Of a DNA stretch of 64,000 nt, positions 10,100 through 18,209 are shown piece after piece. The stretch is from Clostridia bacterium. Lineage in GTDB: Bacteria; Bacillota; Clostridia; Oscillospirales; QAKW01. The translations under genes and the position numbers were made by a program. Location of the stretch: NCBI GenBank assembly GCA_017937065.1, contig JAGBEI010000013.1, positions 95,333-159,332 on the forward strand, written 5' to 3'. Every line of letters begins with the position of its first letter. The stretch's first letter is position 1. The notes under the pieces were generated by a model, which saw only the letters and a list, made by a program, of their open reading frames with translations, had not been told where the DNA came from and did no database searches.

Positions 10100-11424
10100 C
10101 AAAAATAAACAAAGATTATATCAAATTTACAAAGCAGATGAAAAGGGACTATACCATACTTATACCCAACATGCTGCCTATACATTTTAATATGGTCATA
10201 CGGGTAATGGAAAGCTACGGCTACAAAGCAAAGATGCTGGAAAATGAGGGACATTCCGTAGTGGAAAACGGGCTGCGGTATGTACATAACGACACCTGCT
10301 ACCCTGCAATTTTAGTAATCGGTCAGTTTATCGACGCGCTGAAAAGCGGACAGTACGACACGCACAAGGTGGCGCTCATGCTGTTCCAGACAGGCGGCGG
10401 GTGCCGAGCCTCCAATTATGTATCGCTTTTGAGAAAAGCGCTTGTAAAAGCGGGCTTCGGATATGTTCCGGTCGTGTCCTTCAGCCTGACGGGGCTTGAA
10501 AAGCACCCCGGCTTTAAGCTGACAATACCTTTTCTGCATAAGCTTATGTATGCCGTTACCTGCGGCGATCTTCTGATGTCGCTCTACAACCAGTGCCGCA
10601 CAACCGAGATAAACCGCGGACAGAGCCGCCGGCTGCTCGACAGGTGGACAGAGCGCGTTGCAAGCGAGATGCGCACCGCGGGGCCTCTGCGCTACTCAAA
10701 AATCAAAGAGTGCTACCGCAGGATTGTAAAAGACTTTGCCGAGCTGCCGAGACGTGACGAAAAGCCCGTGCGGGTCGGAATTGTCGGCGAAATATATGTA
10801 AAATTTTCAAGTCTGGGCAATAACGGGTTAGAGCAGTTTTTGGTAGACGAGGGCGCGCAGGTCTGCGTTCCGGGCTTTCTTGATTTCTGCTTTTACTGCA
10901 TCTATAACAGCATAATAGACAAAAAGCTGTATGACAGAACGCGCATGCCGCTGTTTATCTATAAATTTGCATTTAATTTTGCAAAGAAAAAGCAGCAGGA
11001 CATGATAGACGCCGTTGTGCAAAACAGCAGTTTCGAGCCGATGACGCCGATTGAGCATACAATTTCGCTCTGCCGCGGTTATATAAACCTCGGCGTCAAA
11101 ATGGGTGAAGGATGGCTGCTCACGGCGGAAATGCTGGAGCTGTACGATTCGGGCACCAAAAACATCATCTGCACCCAGCCTTTCGGCTGCCTGCCAAATC
11201 ACATCTGCGGCAAGGGCATGATGCGCCCCCTCAAGGAGCAAAAGCCGGATATAAACATCGTCGCCGTGGACTACGACGCGGGCGCGACAAAGGTCAATCA
11301 GATAAACCGCATAAAGCTTATGCTTGCAAACGCCAAAGAGCAGCAAAAAGCCTCCGCTGACAGTCATGCCGGGAGCGGACAGCAGAGCGAAAAGAGTACG
11401 GATAAAGAGGCGGTTTTGGTATAA
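10096..11424 (+). CDS. 2-hydroxyacyl-CoA dehydratase-like / DUF2229-type partner of the activase fusion
   Basis: 442 aa. The GTG start overlaps the upstream TGA (GTGA). Conserved Cys positions (NDTCYP, GGGCRASNY, QPFGCLPNH) are typical of HgdB/DUF2229-like proteins. Confidence 0.65.
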   Translation: MTKINKDYIKFTKQMKRDYTILIPNMLPIHFNMVIRVMESYGYKAKMLENEGHSVVENGLRYVHNDTCYPAILVIGQFIDALKSGQYDTHKVALMLFQTGGGCRASNYVSLLRKALVKAGFGYVPVVSFSLTGLEKHPGFKLTIPFLHKLMYAVTCGDLLMSLYNQCRTTEINRGQSRRLLDRWTERVASEMRTAGPLRYSKIKECYRRIVKDFAELPRRDEKPVRVGIVGEIYVKFSSLGNNGLEQFLVDEGAQVCVPGFLDFCFYCIYNSIIDKKLYDRTRMPLFIYKFAFNFAKKKQQDMIDAVVQNSSFEPMTPIEHTISLCRGYINLGVKMGEGWLLTAEMLELYDSGTKNIICTQPFGCLPNHICGKGMMRPLKEQKPDINIVAVDYDAGATKVNQINRIKLMLANAKEQQKASADSHAGSGQQSEKSTDKEAVLV

Positions 11425-11435
11425 CCGCCTTTTTA
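11408..11435 (+). terminator. Rho-independent terminator
   Basis: AGGCGGTT-loop-AACCGCCT followed by TTTT, spanning the stop codon. Confidence 0.65.
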
Positions 11436-11518
11436 AATAAATTTGATTTTTTTTATTTTTGATGCAATAAAACACACAGTTTTCGGATTAACTGTATGAA
11501 AGGGGCAAAACTGAAAAA

Positions 11519-12079
11519 ATGTTTTCTCTGACGTCAGACAGGCATATATCGGCAGACAGCGGCAGCGCATCAATAGATGACTGTCTTTCACGCATTGCGC
11601 TCAGTAAAGACAAGGGCGCGCTGGAAGAGCTGTACCGCAAAACCTATACGTCTGTTTACAGCTTTGCCCTTTCGATTTTGAAGAACACGCATGACGCGCA
11701 GGACGCGGCTCACGACTGCTATCTAATTATCTTTTCATCTGCCGAAAGCTATGTGTCGCACAAAAAACCTCTGGCGTGGATATTGACCGTCACAAAAAAT
11801 TTATGTCTGAAAAAGCTCAGAGAACGCGCAAAAGACACATATGTTACGGAAAACGAGCTTGAAATGTACCCCGATAAAATGTCAGCCGTGACGGCAGAGG
11901 ACAAAATAATAATTTCCGAGTGTCTGAATACGCTTTCCGACAACGAGCGGCAGATAATTGTGCTGCACGCCGTGGCAGGTATGAAACACAGGGAAATCGC
12001 AGAGCTTACGGGACTGCCCGTGTCAACTGTTCTTTCAAAATACAGCAGAGCGCTTAAAAAGCTGAAAAAAATTTTGTAA
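11519..12079 (+). CDS. ECF-type RNA polymerase sigma-70 family factor
   Basis: 186 aa. Region 2 (DAQDAAHDCYLIIF) and a region 4 HTH (LSDNERQIIVLHAVAGMKHREIAELTGLPVSTVLSKYSRALKKLK). Confidence 0.85.
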   Translation: MFSLTSDRHISADSGSASIDDCLSRIALSKDKGALEELYRKTYTSVYSFALSILKNTHDAQDAAHDCYLIIFSSAESYVSHKKPLAWILTVTKNLCLKKLRERAKDTYVTENELEMYPDKMSAVTAEDKIIISECLNTLSDNERQIIVLHAVAGMKHREIAELTGLPVSTVLSKYSRALKKLKKIL

Positions 12080-12093
12080 AGGAGAGCAATGCG

Positions 12094-13398
12094 ATGAAGG
12101 ACAACGAAATAAACAATAAAATAAAAGAAGCATTTTCCCATGCCGCACCCGATATTCTGGACTCCGTTCTCTCTGATTGCAGTCAAAAGAAAGGAACGGT
12201 AATCTACATGACGGAAAACGGAAAAAGCAAGCGGAGAATGAGACTCATAATCGGCATAGCGGCATGTCTTTTACTGCTGCTGGGAGGCTTTGCGGGCTAT
12301 CGTGTATATGACCTGAATTATGCCGTGGACTCAACCGTATCTCTGGACGTGAACCCAAGTATAGAGATAAAGGTAAATCAAAAGGAGCGTATTCTTGACG
12401 TTACGGCTCTCAACGAGGACGGAAAAAAGGTAATAGGAGATATGGACTTTAAGGGCAGCAGCATTGACGTCACCGTAAACGCTCTGATAGGCTCCATGCT
12501 GAAAAACGGATATCTGAACGAGCTGGCAAACTCCGTTCTGATAAGCGTTGATAATAAAAACACCGCAAAAGGCTCGCAGCTTCAGGCGCGGCTGACAGAC
12601 GAGGTGGGCGCAATGCTTCAGACAGAGAGCTTTACAGGCTCGGTGCTGAGTCAGACAATTTCAAACAGTCAGAGCCTGAGCGCCGCGACGGAAAAATACG
12701 GTATAACCGAGGGCAAGGCGCAGCTCATAAACGAAATTCTCAAAAAGGACTCGCGCCATACCTTTGAAGACCTGGCAAAGCTTACGATAAACGAGCTCAA
12801 TCTGCTGATGAATTCAGGTGCCTACACCCCTGATAATATCTCCTCGGTCGGAAGCGCCAGCGACAAGGCATACATCGGTCAGGAAAAAGCGAAGGCTGCG
12901 GCAATCGCACACGCGGGACTGTCGGATTCGGACGTTTCATATTTTGAAACGGACATGGACACCGAAAACGGAATAATGGTATATGAGGTCGAATTCAAAT
13001 GCGGCGGATACGAGTACGAATACGACATAAACGCACTGACCAGCGAAATCGTACAGTACAGCAGGGAAAAGGACGATGATTATTTCTCGGTGCAAACACC
13101 GTCCGATACCCAGAACCAGCAAAGCACAAGCGGTGTCGGCAATTCGTCCGATACATCACAATCTCAAAACACGTCCTTGCCTCAGGCAAAAATCTCAGCT
13201 GATGAAGCAAAGGAAATTGCACTTGCTCACGCCTCTGTTGCAGCGTCGGAGGCGGCATATATAAAGGTTGATACGGACTATGATGACGGCAGACTTATAT
13301 ACGAAGTTGAATTTGTTGTGAAAAGTATTGAATACGAATATGAGATAGATGCCGACAGCGGAAATATTCTCGACTTTGACAGGGAAATCGACGACTGA
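12094..13398 (+). CDS. Putative membrane-anchored anti-sigma factor with two C-terminal PepSY-like domains
   Basis: 434 aa, starting 15 nt after the sigma gene. One TM segment (LIIGIAACLLLLLGGFAGY). Two repeats end in YEVEF..YEYEYDI.. / YEVEF..YEYEYEID.., which is the PepSY pattern. Confidence 0.55.
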   Translation: MKDNEINNKIKEAFSHAAPDILDSVLSDCSQKKGTVIYMTENGKSKRRMRLIIGIAACLLLLLGGFAGYRVYDLNYAVDSTVSLDVNPSIEIKVNQKERILDVTALNEDGKKVIGDMDFKGSSIDVTVNALIGSMLKNGYLNELANSVLISVDNKNTAKGSQLQARLTDEVGAMLQTESFTGSVLSQTISNSQSLSAATEKYGITEGKAQLINEILKKDSRHTFEDLAKLTINELNLLMNSGAYTPDNISSVGSASDKAYIGQEKAKAAAIAHAGLSDSDVSYFETDMDTENGIMVYEVEFKCGGYEYEYDINALTSEIVQYSREKDDDYFSVQTPSDTQNQQSTSGVGNSSDTSQSQNTSLPQAKISADEAKEIALAHASVAASEAAYIKVDTDYDDGRLIYEVEFVVKSIEYEYEIDADSGNILDFDREIDD

Positions 13399-13402
13399 AC
13401 TC

Positions 13403-13438
13403 AAAAACCTCCTCTGCAATTTTTGCAGAGGAGGTTTT
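13403..13438. terminator. Bidirectional rho-independent terminator
   Basis: An A-run, CCTCCTCTGCA-loop-TGCAGAGGAGG, then a T-run, between convergent genes. Confidence 0.85.
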
Positions 13439-13458
13439 AAGCTGCGGTAAATTGTTAA

Positions 13459-13989
13459 TTAATGAAGGTCAAATCTATAACCGATACCGGAAAAGTAACA
13501 TACGGCGACAAACACAGCCGCTGCAAGCAGCGTCAGCGCAATGAAAAGCCAACGGTTAAAACGGTACTCCTTAACACTGTTTCTGTATTCAACCTGTTCC
13601 TCGGGCGTCATGTCGTTAAACAGCTCTCCGCGGATACGGCGGATATCACGGTTAAGCCCCCAGACTCCCGCCCGCTCCTCGGAGTTTGCGTCCCGAACCT
13701 CGCCCGCCGTAGTAAACATAAAAATAACGGAAATGAGCAGACAGAGCGGCAAAGCCGCCTGCCAGTGAAAAAATATACATATAAGTATATTGGCAAGGCT
13801 TGCGGCAGCATACGCAAAAGCAACGGCGGCAGGCGCGCGGTGAAGCGTAAGGGAACGGCTGAACACGACGGCGCGCACAATTATATACGCTATCAAAAGT
13901 ATTCCGACCGTCAGAAAAATTTTTGCCGCTGTAATCGGACTTTCAAACGGAAGCCCGCTCATTTCGAAAAAATCAGATATCCATTTCAT
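13459..13989 (-). CDS. Hypothetical integral membrane protein
   Basis: 176 aa with about 4 predicted hydrophobic helices. No recognisable motif. Confidence 0.45.
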   Translation of the reverse strand: MKWISDFFEMSGLPFESPITAAKIFLTVGILLIAYIIVRAVVFSRSLTLHRAPAAVAFAYAAASLANILICIFFHWQAALPLCLLISVIFMFTTAGEVRDANSEERAGVWGLNRDIRRIRGELFNDMTPEEQVEYRNSVKEYRFNRWLFIALTLLAAAVFVAVCYFSGIGYRFDLH

Positions 13990-14001
13990 TTTAAACTCTC
14001 C

Positions 14002-14889
14002 TTAAACGCCGACCCCGCGCTTTAAAATTCCCAAGCCCACGCCCACGCTGCCGCCGCAAAGCAAACGGCGTTTGAAATCACGTCTCAGTGAGGTATCCTC
14101 CGGCAATGCCTCAAAATTATCAGTGTCATTTACGGCAAATATGCGCCACAGGTCTGCGCGGCTTTCGGCACAGCTTACCGTTTCAAACAAATCCATAAAC
14201 TTTAGTATATTCGACGGCGGCGTTATAATTTCACGGTTTGCAGGAAATAAAAGCCACGAGTTGCAGTAAAAAACGGTATCCGCACCGAAAAATGCCCTCG
14301 CGCATTTAACGGAATCTCCGCAAAGCCCGATATCCAGCCTGCCGTTTGACGGTATGTGTATACTGACGGCGGGCGCTCCGCCTTTTATAACCCCGACAGA
14401 TGTCACGACATCGTTTTCAAGCGGTTTCGGCTCAAACTGAAGTCTTCCGAAACAAAACAGCAAAATATTGAAAATTTTAAGCTCCCACTTCATAACAAAC
14501 GAACCGTAAACCCCGTGCAGCTGAAAGCACTCGTTATTCTTGCAGCGCAGATCCTGCAAAATATCAAAATACATGCCGTCATCCAGGCGGCGCGCAGCAT
14601 AGAGCTCCTTTAAATGCCGCGTAAACGCAAGCATCAGGAGCATGGATACGGTAAAGCGGTGAACTCCCGTCTCCGCCTCAATCCTGCCCGCCGCAGCGTC
14701 AAGGTCTTCAAAATCCGCATAATCCGTATTTTCATAATCCGAAACACATTTTTCAAACAGCTTTACCGCCTTGCGGCAGGCAAAAATCCTGCCGTATGCC
14801 GACGCATATTCCTCGGCGGCTGCCGGCGGAAATTGCAGACGCTCGCTGATGTACACTATATAATCCTTCATTGGTTCCTCCGGCGTCAT
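14002..14889 (-). CDS. Hypothetical protein, possibly a GNAT-like acyltransferase two-domain family (DUF5596-like)
   Basis: 295 aa. The C-terminal segment FYCNSWLLFP resembles the GNAT-like C-terminal domain family. This is weak recall, not a search result. Confidence 0.35.
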   Translation of the reverse strand: MTPEEPMKDYIVYISERLQFPPAAAEEYASAYGRIFACRKAVKLFEKCVSDYENTDYADFEDLDAAAGRIEAETGVHRFTVSMLLMLAFTRHLKELYAARRLDDGMYFDILQDLRCKNNECFQLHGVYGSFVMKWELKIFNILLFCFGRLQFEPKPLENDVVTSVGVIKGGAPAVSIHIPSNGRLDIGLCGDSVKCARAFFGADTVFYCNSWLLFPANREIITPPSNILKFMDLFETVSCAESRADLWRIFAVNDTDNFEALPEDTSLRRDFKRRLLCGGSVGVGLGILKRGVGV

Positions 14890-14972
14890 TTTCGTATATA
14901 TAGATTATCTCAACAGCACCTCAATGTCAAGCAGCAGGACAAATTATTAATATAAATAATTAAACATTTATA

Positions 14973-15000
14973 TTGACTTTATTTCGTATAAGTATATAAT
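14973..15000 (+). promoter_or_regulatory. Candidate promoter of the Gfo/TIM/Gfo operon (TTGACT-16-TATAAT)
   Basis: TTGACT at 14973-14978 and TATAAT at 14995-15000, 38 nt upstream of the ATG. Confidence 0.5.
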
Positions 15001-15038
15001 AAGCATAGATAAAAAGTATTTTTACGGAGGACAAAAAC

Positions 15039-16127
15039 ATGCCAAAAACATTTCGCGTAGGCGTCGTCGGCTGCGGCGGCATTGCAAACGGAAAGCATCT
15101 TCCGTCGCTTGATGCGGTAGAAAACGTTGAAATCGTATATTTCTGCGATATTGTCAGGGAGCGCGCCGAAAAGGCATGCGCCAAGTACGGCGCCCAGGGC
15201 GCAAAGGTTACCGAAAACTATATGGACGTGGTCAATTCCGACGTTGACGTTATACACGTCTGCACGCCCAACCGCTCGCACTGCGAAATCTCCTGCGCCG
15301 CTATGGAGGCGGGCAAGCACGTGCTCTGCGAAAAGCCGATGGCAATAAACGCGGCTGAGGCACGCAAGATGTATGAAACCTCGGTTAAAACGGGCGTCAC
15401 TCTTTCTATCGGATATCAGAACAGGTTTACACCCGAAAGCCAGTATGTCAAGGCAGAGGCGGAAAGCGGATTTTTCGGTGACATATATATGGCGCGCGCA
15501 TACGCCATACGCCGCCGCGCGGTTCCGACCTGGGGCGTATTTTTGAACGAGTACGAGCAGGGCGGCGGTCCGCTTATCGACATCGGCACGCACGCGCTTG
15601 ATTTAACGCTGTGGACAATGGACAATTATAAGCCCAAATACTGCGTGGGCACTACATATCACAAGCTGAACAAGGATACGGACACCGGCAATGCCTGGGG
15701 CGACTGGAACCCCGACGAGTTTACGGTTGAGGACAGCGCTTTCGGATTTATCGTTATGGAAAACGGCGCGACAATCATTCTTCAGTCCTCCTGGGCGCTC
15801 AACACGCACAAAAGCTGCGAGGCAAAATTTGCGGTCTGCGGCACCAAGGGCGGCGCGGATATGTACGACGGACTGGTGCTTAACACAATAAGACACGGCA
15901 AGCAGGTAAACATTATGCCGCAGCTGGACGCTAAAGGCGTTGCGTTTTACGACGGCAAGGGAATGAAGCCCGCCGAGGCGGAGGCGCGCTGCTTCTACAA
16001 CGCGATAGCAACCGGCACAAAGCCGATAACGCTGCCCGAGCAGGCGCTTGTCGTATCTGAGATATTAGAGGGCATCTATGTTTCCGCCAAAACCGGAAAG
16101 CCCTATTACTTCGGGGAGGAGAAATAA
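15039..16127 (+). CDS. Gfo/Idh/MocA-family NAD(P)-dependent sugar oxidoreductase
   Basis: 362 aa. N-terminal Rossmann motif VGVVGCGGIANGKHLP and the EKP motif (LCEKPMA). Confidence 0.85.
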   Translation: MPKTFRVGVVGCGGIANGKHLPSLDAVENVEIVYFCDIVRERAEKACAKYGAQGAKVTENYMDVVNSDVDVIHVCTPNRSHCEISCAAMEAGKHVLCEKPMAINAAEARKMYETSVKTGVTLSIGYQNRFTPESQYVKAEAESGFFGDIYMARAYAIRRRAVPTWGVFLNEYEQGGGPLIDIGTHALDLTLWTMDNYKPKYCVGTTYHKLNKDTDTGNAWGDWNPDEFTVEDSAFGFIVMENGATIILQSSWALNTHKSCEAKFAVCGTKGGADMYDGLVLNTIRHGKQVNIMPQLDAKGVAFYDGKGMKPAEAEARCFYNAIATGTKPITLPEQALVVSEILEGIYVSAKTGKPYYFGEEK

Positions 16128-17093
16128 ATGAAGGTAGGAGTTCTTACGGCGTTTTGCCATGACAGAGATTTTGAGGATATGATTAAATACCTGCACGGAA
16201 TCGGCGTGCAGGCGGTGGAGCTGGCATCGGGCGGCTATCCCGGCAAGTACCACATTAACCCCGAGGAGCTTTTGAAAGCTCCCGGAAAGATTGATGAAAT
16301 CAAAGCCGTTATCGACAAATACGGAATGGAAATATCAGCCGTTTCCGCGCACGGAAATCCCGTGCACCCCGATAAGGCGACCGCAAAGAAATATCACGAC
16401 GATTTTATAAACGCAATCCTGTTTGCCCAAAAGCTGGGAGTTGACACCATCGTCGGCTTTTCCGGCTGCCCCGGCGACCACGACGGCGCAAAATATCCCA
16501 ACTGGGTCACCTGCGCATGGCCGACCGATTATGCAAAGGTGCTTGAGTACCAGTGGGAGGTTCTGATTAAATACTGGAAAGAGACCGCCGAGTTTGCAAA
16601 GGCTCACGGCATAAAGAAAATAGCGTTTGAGATGCACCCGGGCTTCTGCGTTTACAATCCCGCAACGCTCAAACGTCTTCGCGCCGAGGTGGGGGACATA
16701 ATCGGCGCAAACTTTGACCCGTCACATCTGTTCTGGCAGGGAATTGACCCCGTCGCCGCAATAAAAGACCTTGAGGGCATGATTTATCACTTCCATGCAA
16801 AGGATACATACATTGATAAGTACAAGGTCGCGGTAAACGGAGTGCTTGATACAACAAGCCTTGCGGACCTTAAAAACCGCTCATGGTATTTCAGAACGCT
16901 CGGCTACGGCAGCGACGAAAAGGTCTGGAAGGACATTATCTCCGCACTGAGACTTACAGGCTTTGACGGCATACTCTCTATCGAGCATGAGGACGCGATG
17001 ATGACAAACGAGGAGGGGCTTGAAAAAGCGGTTGCCTTCCTTCAGACAATGGTGCCCACGCAAAAGCTCAACGGCGACGTTTTCTGGGCATAG
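16128..17093 (+). CDS. Sugar phosphate isomerase/epimerase (xylose-isomerase-like TIM barrel)
   Basis: 321 aa. The ATG immediately follows the upstream TAA. IAFEMHPG and SIEHED motifs are typical of the AP_endonuc_2 / TIM-barrel family. Confidence 0.8.
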   Translation: MKVGVLTAFCHDRDFEDMIKYLHGIGVQAVELASGGYPGKYHINPEELLKAPGKIDEIKAVIDKYGMEISAVSAHGNPVHPDKATAKKYHDDFINAILFAQKLGVDTIVGFSGCPGDHDGAKYPNWVTCAWPTDYAKVLEYQWEVLIKYWKETAEFAKAHGIKKIAFEMHPGFCVYNPATLKRLRAEVGDIIGANFDPSHLFWQGIDPVAAIKDLEGMIYHFHAKDTYIDKYKVAVNGVLDTTSLADLKNRSWYFRTLGYGSDEKVWKDIISALRLTGFDGILSIEHEDAMMTNEEGLEKAVAFLQTMVPTQKLNGDVFWA

Positions 17094-17141
17094 TTTTCTT
17101 GGCGTTTCGGATAAATTCAAGACGGAAAGGGCATTATAAAA

Positions 17142-18209
17142 ATGAAACATACAATGGGGATTATCGGCTTCGGCGGCATGGGCAACCACCATTATAAGCA
17201 CGTAACCGAAGAAATCGACAGACTTACAGTAAAGGGAGTATACGATATTAAAGACGAGCGGGCGGAATATGCCAAATCGCTCGGAATGAAGGCTTACGGC
17301 AGCGCCGAGGAGCTGTTAGGCGACAGCGAAATTGATCTTGTGCTTGTCGCAACGCCCAATAACTGGCATAAGCACTATGTTGAAGCGGCACTGCGCGCAG
17401 GCAAGAATGTAATCTGCGAAAAGCCGGTTATGATGAATTCCACTGAACTGGCAGAGGTCATGGAGACCGCAAGGCAGTGCGGCAAAGTGTTCACCGTTCA
17501 TCAGAACAGACGCTGGGACCGCGACTATCTGCTCGTAAAGCGCGAGCTTGAAAGCGGCACGCTCGGCAAACCGTTCTTTATAGAAAGCCGCGTCGAGGGC
17601 GCGCGCGGAATACCCGGCGACTGGCGCTGCACCAAGGTCGCAGGCGGCGGCATGATGCTTGACTGGGGCGTTCATCTTATTGACCAGATGCTGATGATGA
17701 TTGACAGTCCCGTAAGCGAGATATATGCTCAGGTGCTCAATGTCAAATACCAAAACCCCGAAAATGATGTTGACGACAATCTCAAAATCAATATGAAGTT
17801 CAAAAACGGCGTGTGTGCCATGATTGAGGTCGGAACATACAATATGCTCACGCTGCCGCGCTGGTATGTCTGCGGTGACAAGGGCACAATGAAAATAGAC
17901 GACTGGGGCAGCGGTGCGGATATCGTATACGCAAAGGACGTTGAAATGGTATGGGAAAACAGCATAATCTATACCGCGGCAGGCCCGACCAGGACAATGG
18001 CTCCCCGTCCTCGTGAGACGGTTGAGGAAAAGCACGTAGATATAGACGAGAAAAAATCGGTTTATCTGTTTTACGAAAATGTTCTCGACACAATCGAGGG
18101 CAAGGCAGAGCTTATTGTAAAGCCTGAGGAGGCAATGCGCTCGATGAAGGTTATGGAGGCGGCGTTCAAATCCTCCGACGAAGGTATTTGTGTAAAGGAA
18201 GAAATCTAA
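17142..18209 (+). CDS. Gfo/Idh/MocA-family oxidoreductase (second copy)
   Basis: 355 aa with GIIGFGGMGNHH and ICEKPV motifs. Confidence 0.85.
   Translation: MKHTMGIIGFGGMGNHHYKHVTEEIDRLTVKGVYDIKDERAEYAKSLGMKAYGSAEELLGDSEIDLVLVATPNNWHKHYVEAALRAGKNVICEKPVMMNSTELAEVMETARQCGKVFTVHQNRRWDRDYLLVKRELESGTLGKPFFIESRVEGARGIPGDWRCTKVAGGGMMLDWGVHLIDQMLMMIDSPVSEIYAQVLNVKYQNPENDVDDNLKINMKFKNGVCAMIEVGTYNMLTLPRWYVCGDKGTMKIDDWGSGADIVYAKDVEMVWENSIIYTAAGPTRTMAPRPRETVEEKHVDIDEKKSVYLFYENVLDTIEGKAELIVKPEEAMRSMKVMEAAFKSSDEGICVKEEI

Noticed and set aside
7139-11424. The possibility that the 986-aa and 442-aa ORFs are a frameshifted pseudogene of a single roughly 1400-aa activase-family gene.
   Set aside because: The junction is a clean GTGA stop/start overlap at a domain boundary, and both ORFs are intact with conserved Cys motifs. 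A natural two-gene form is more likely. A comparison with orthologues would settle it.
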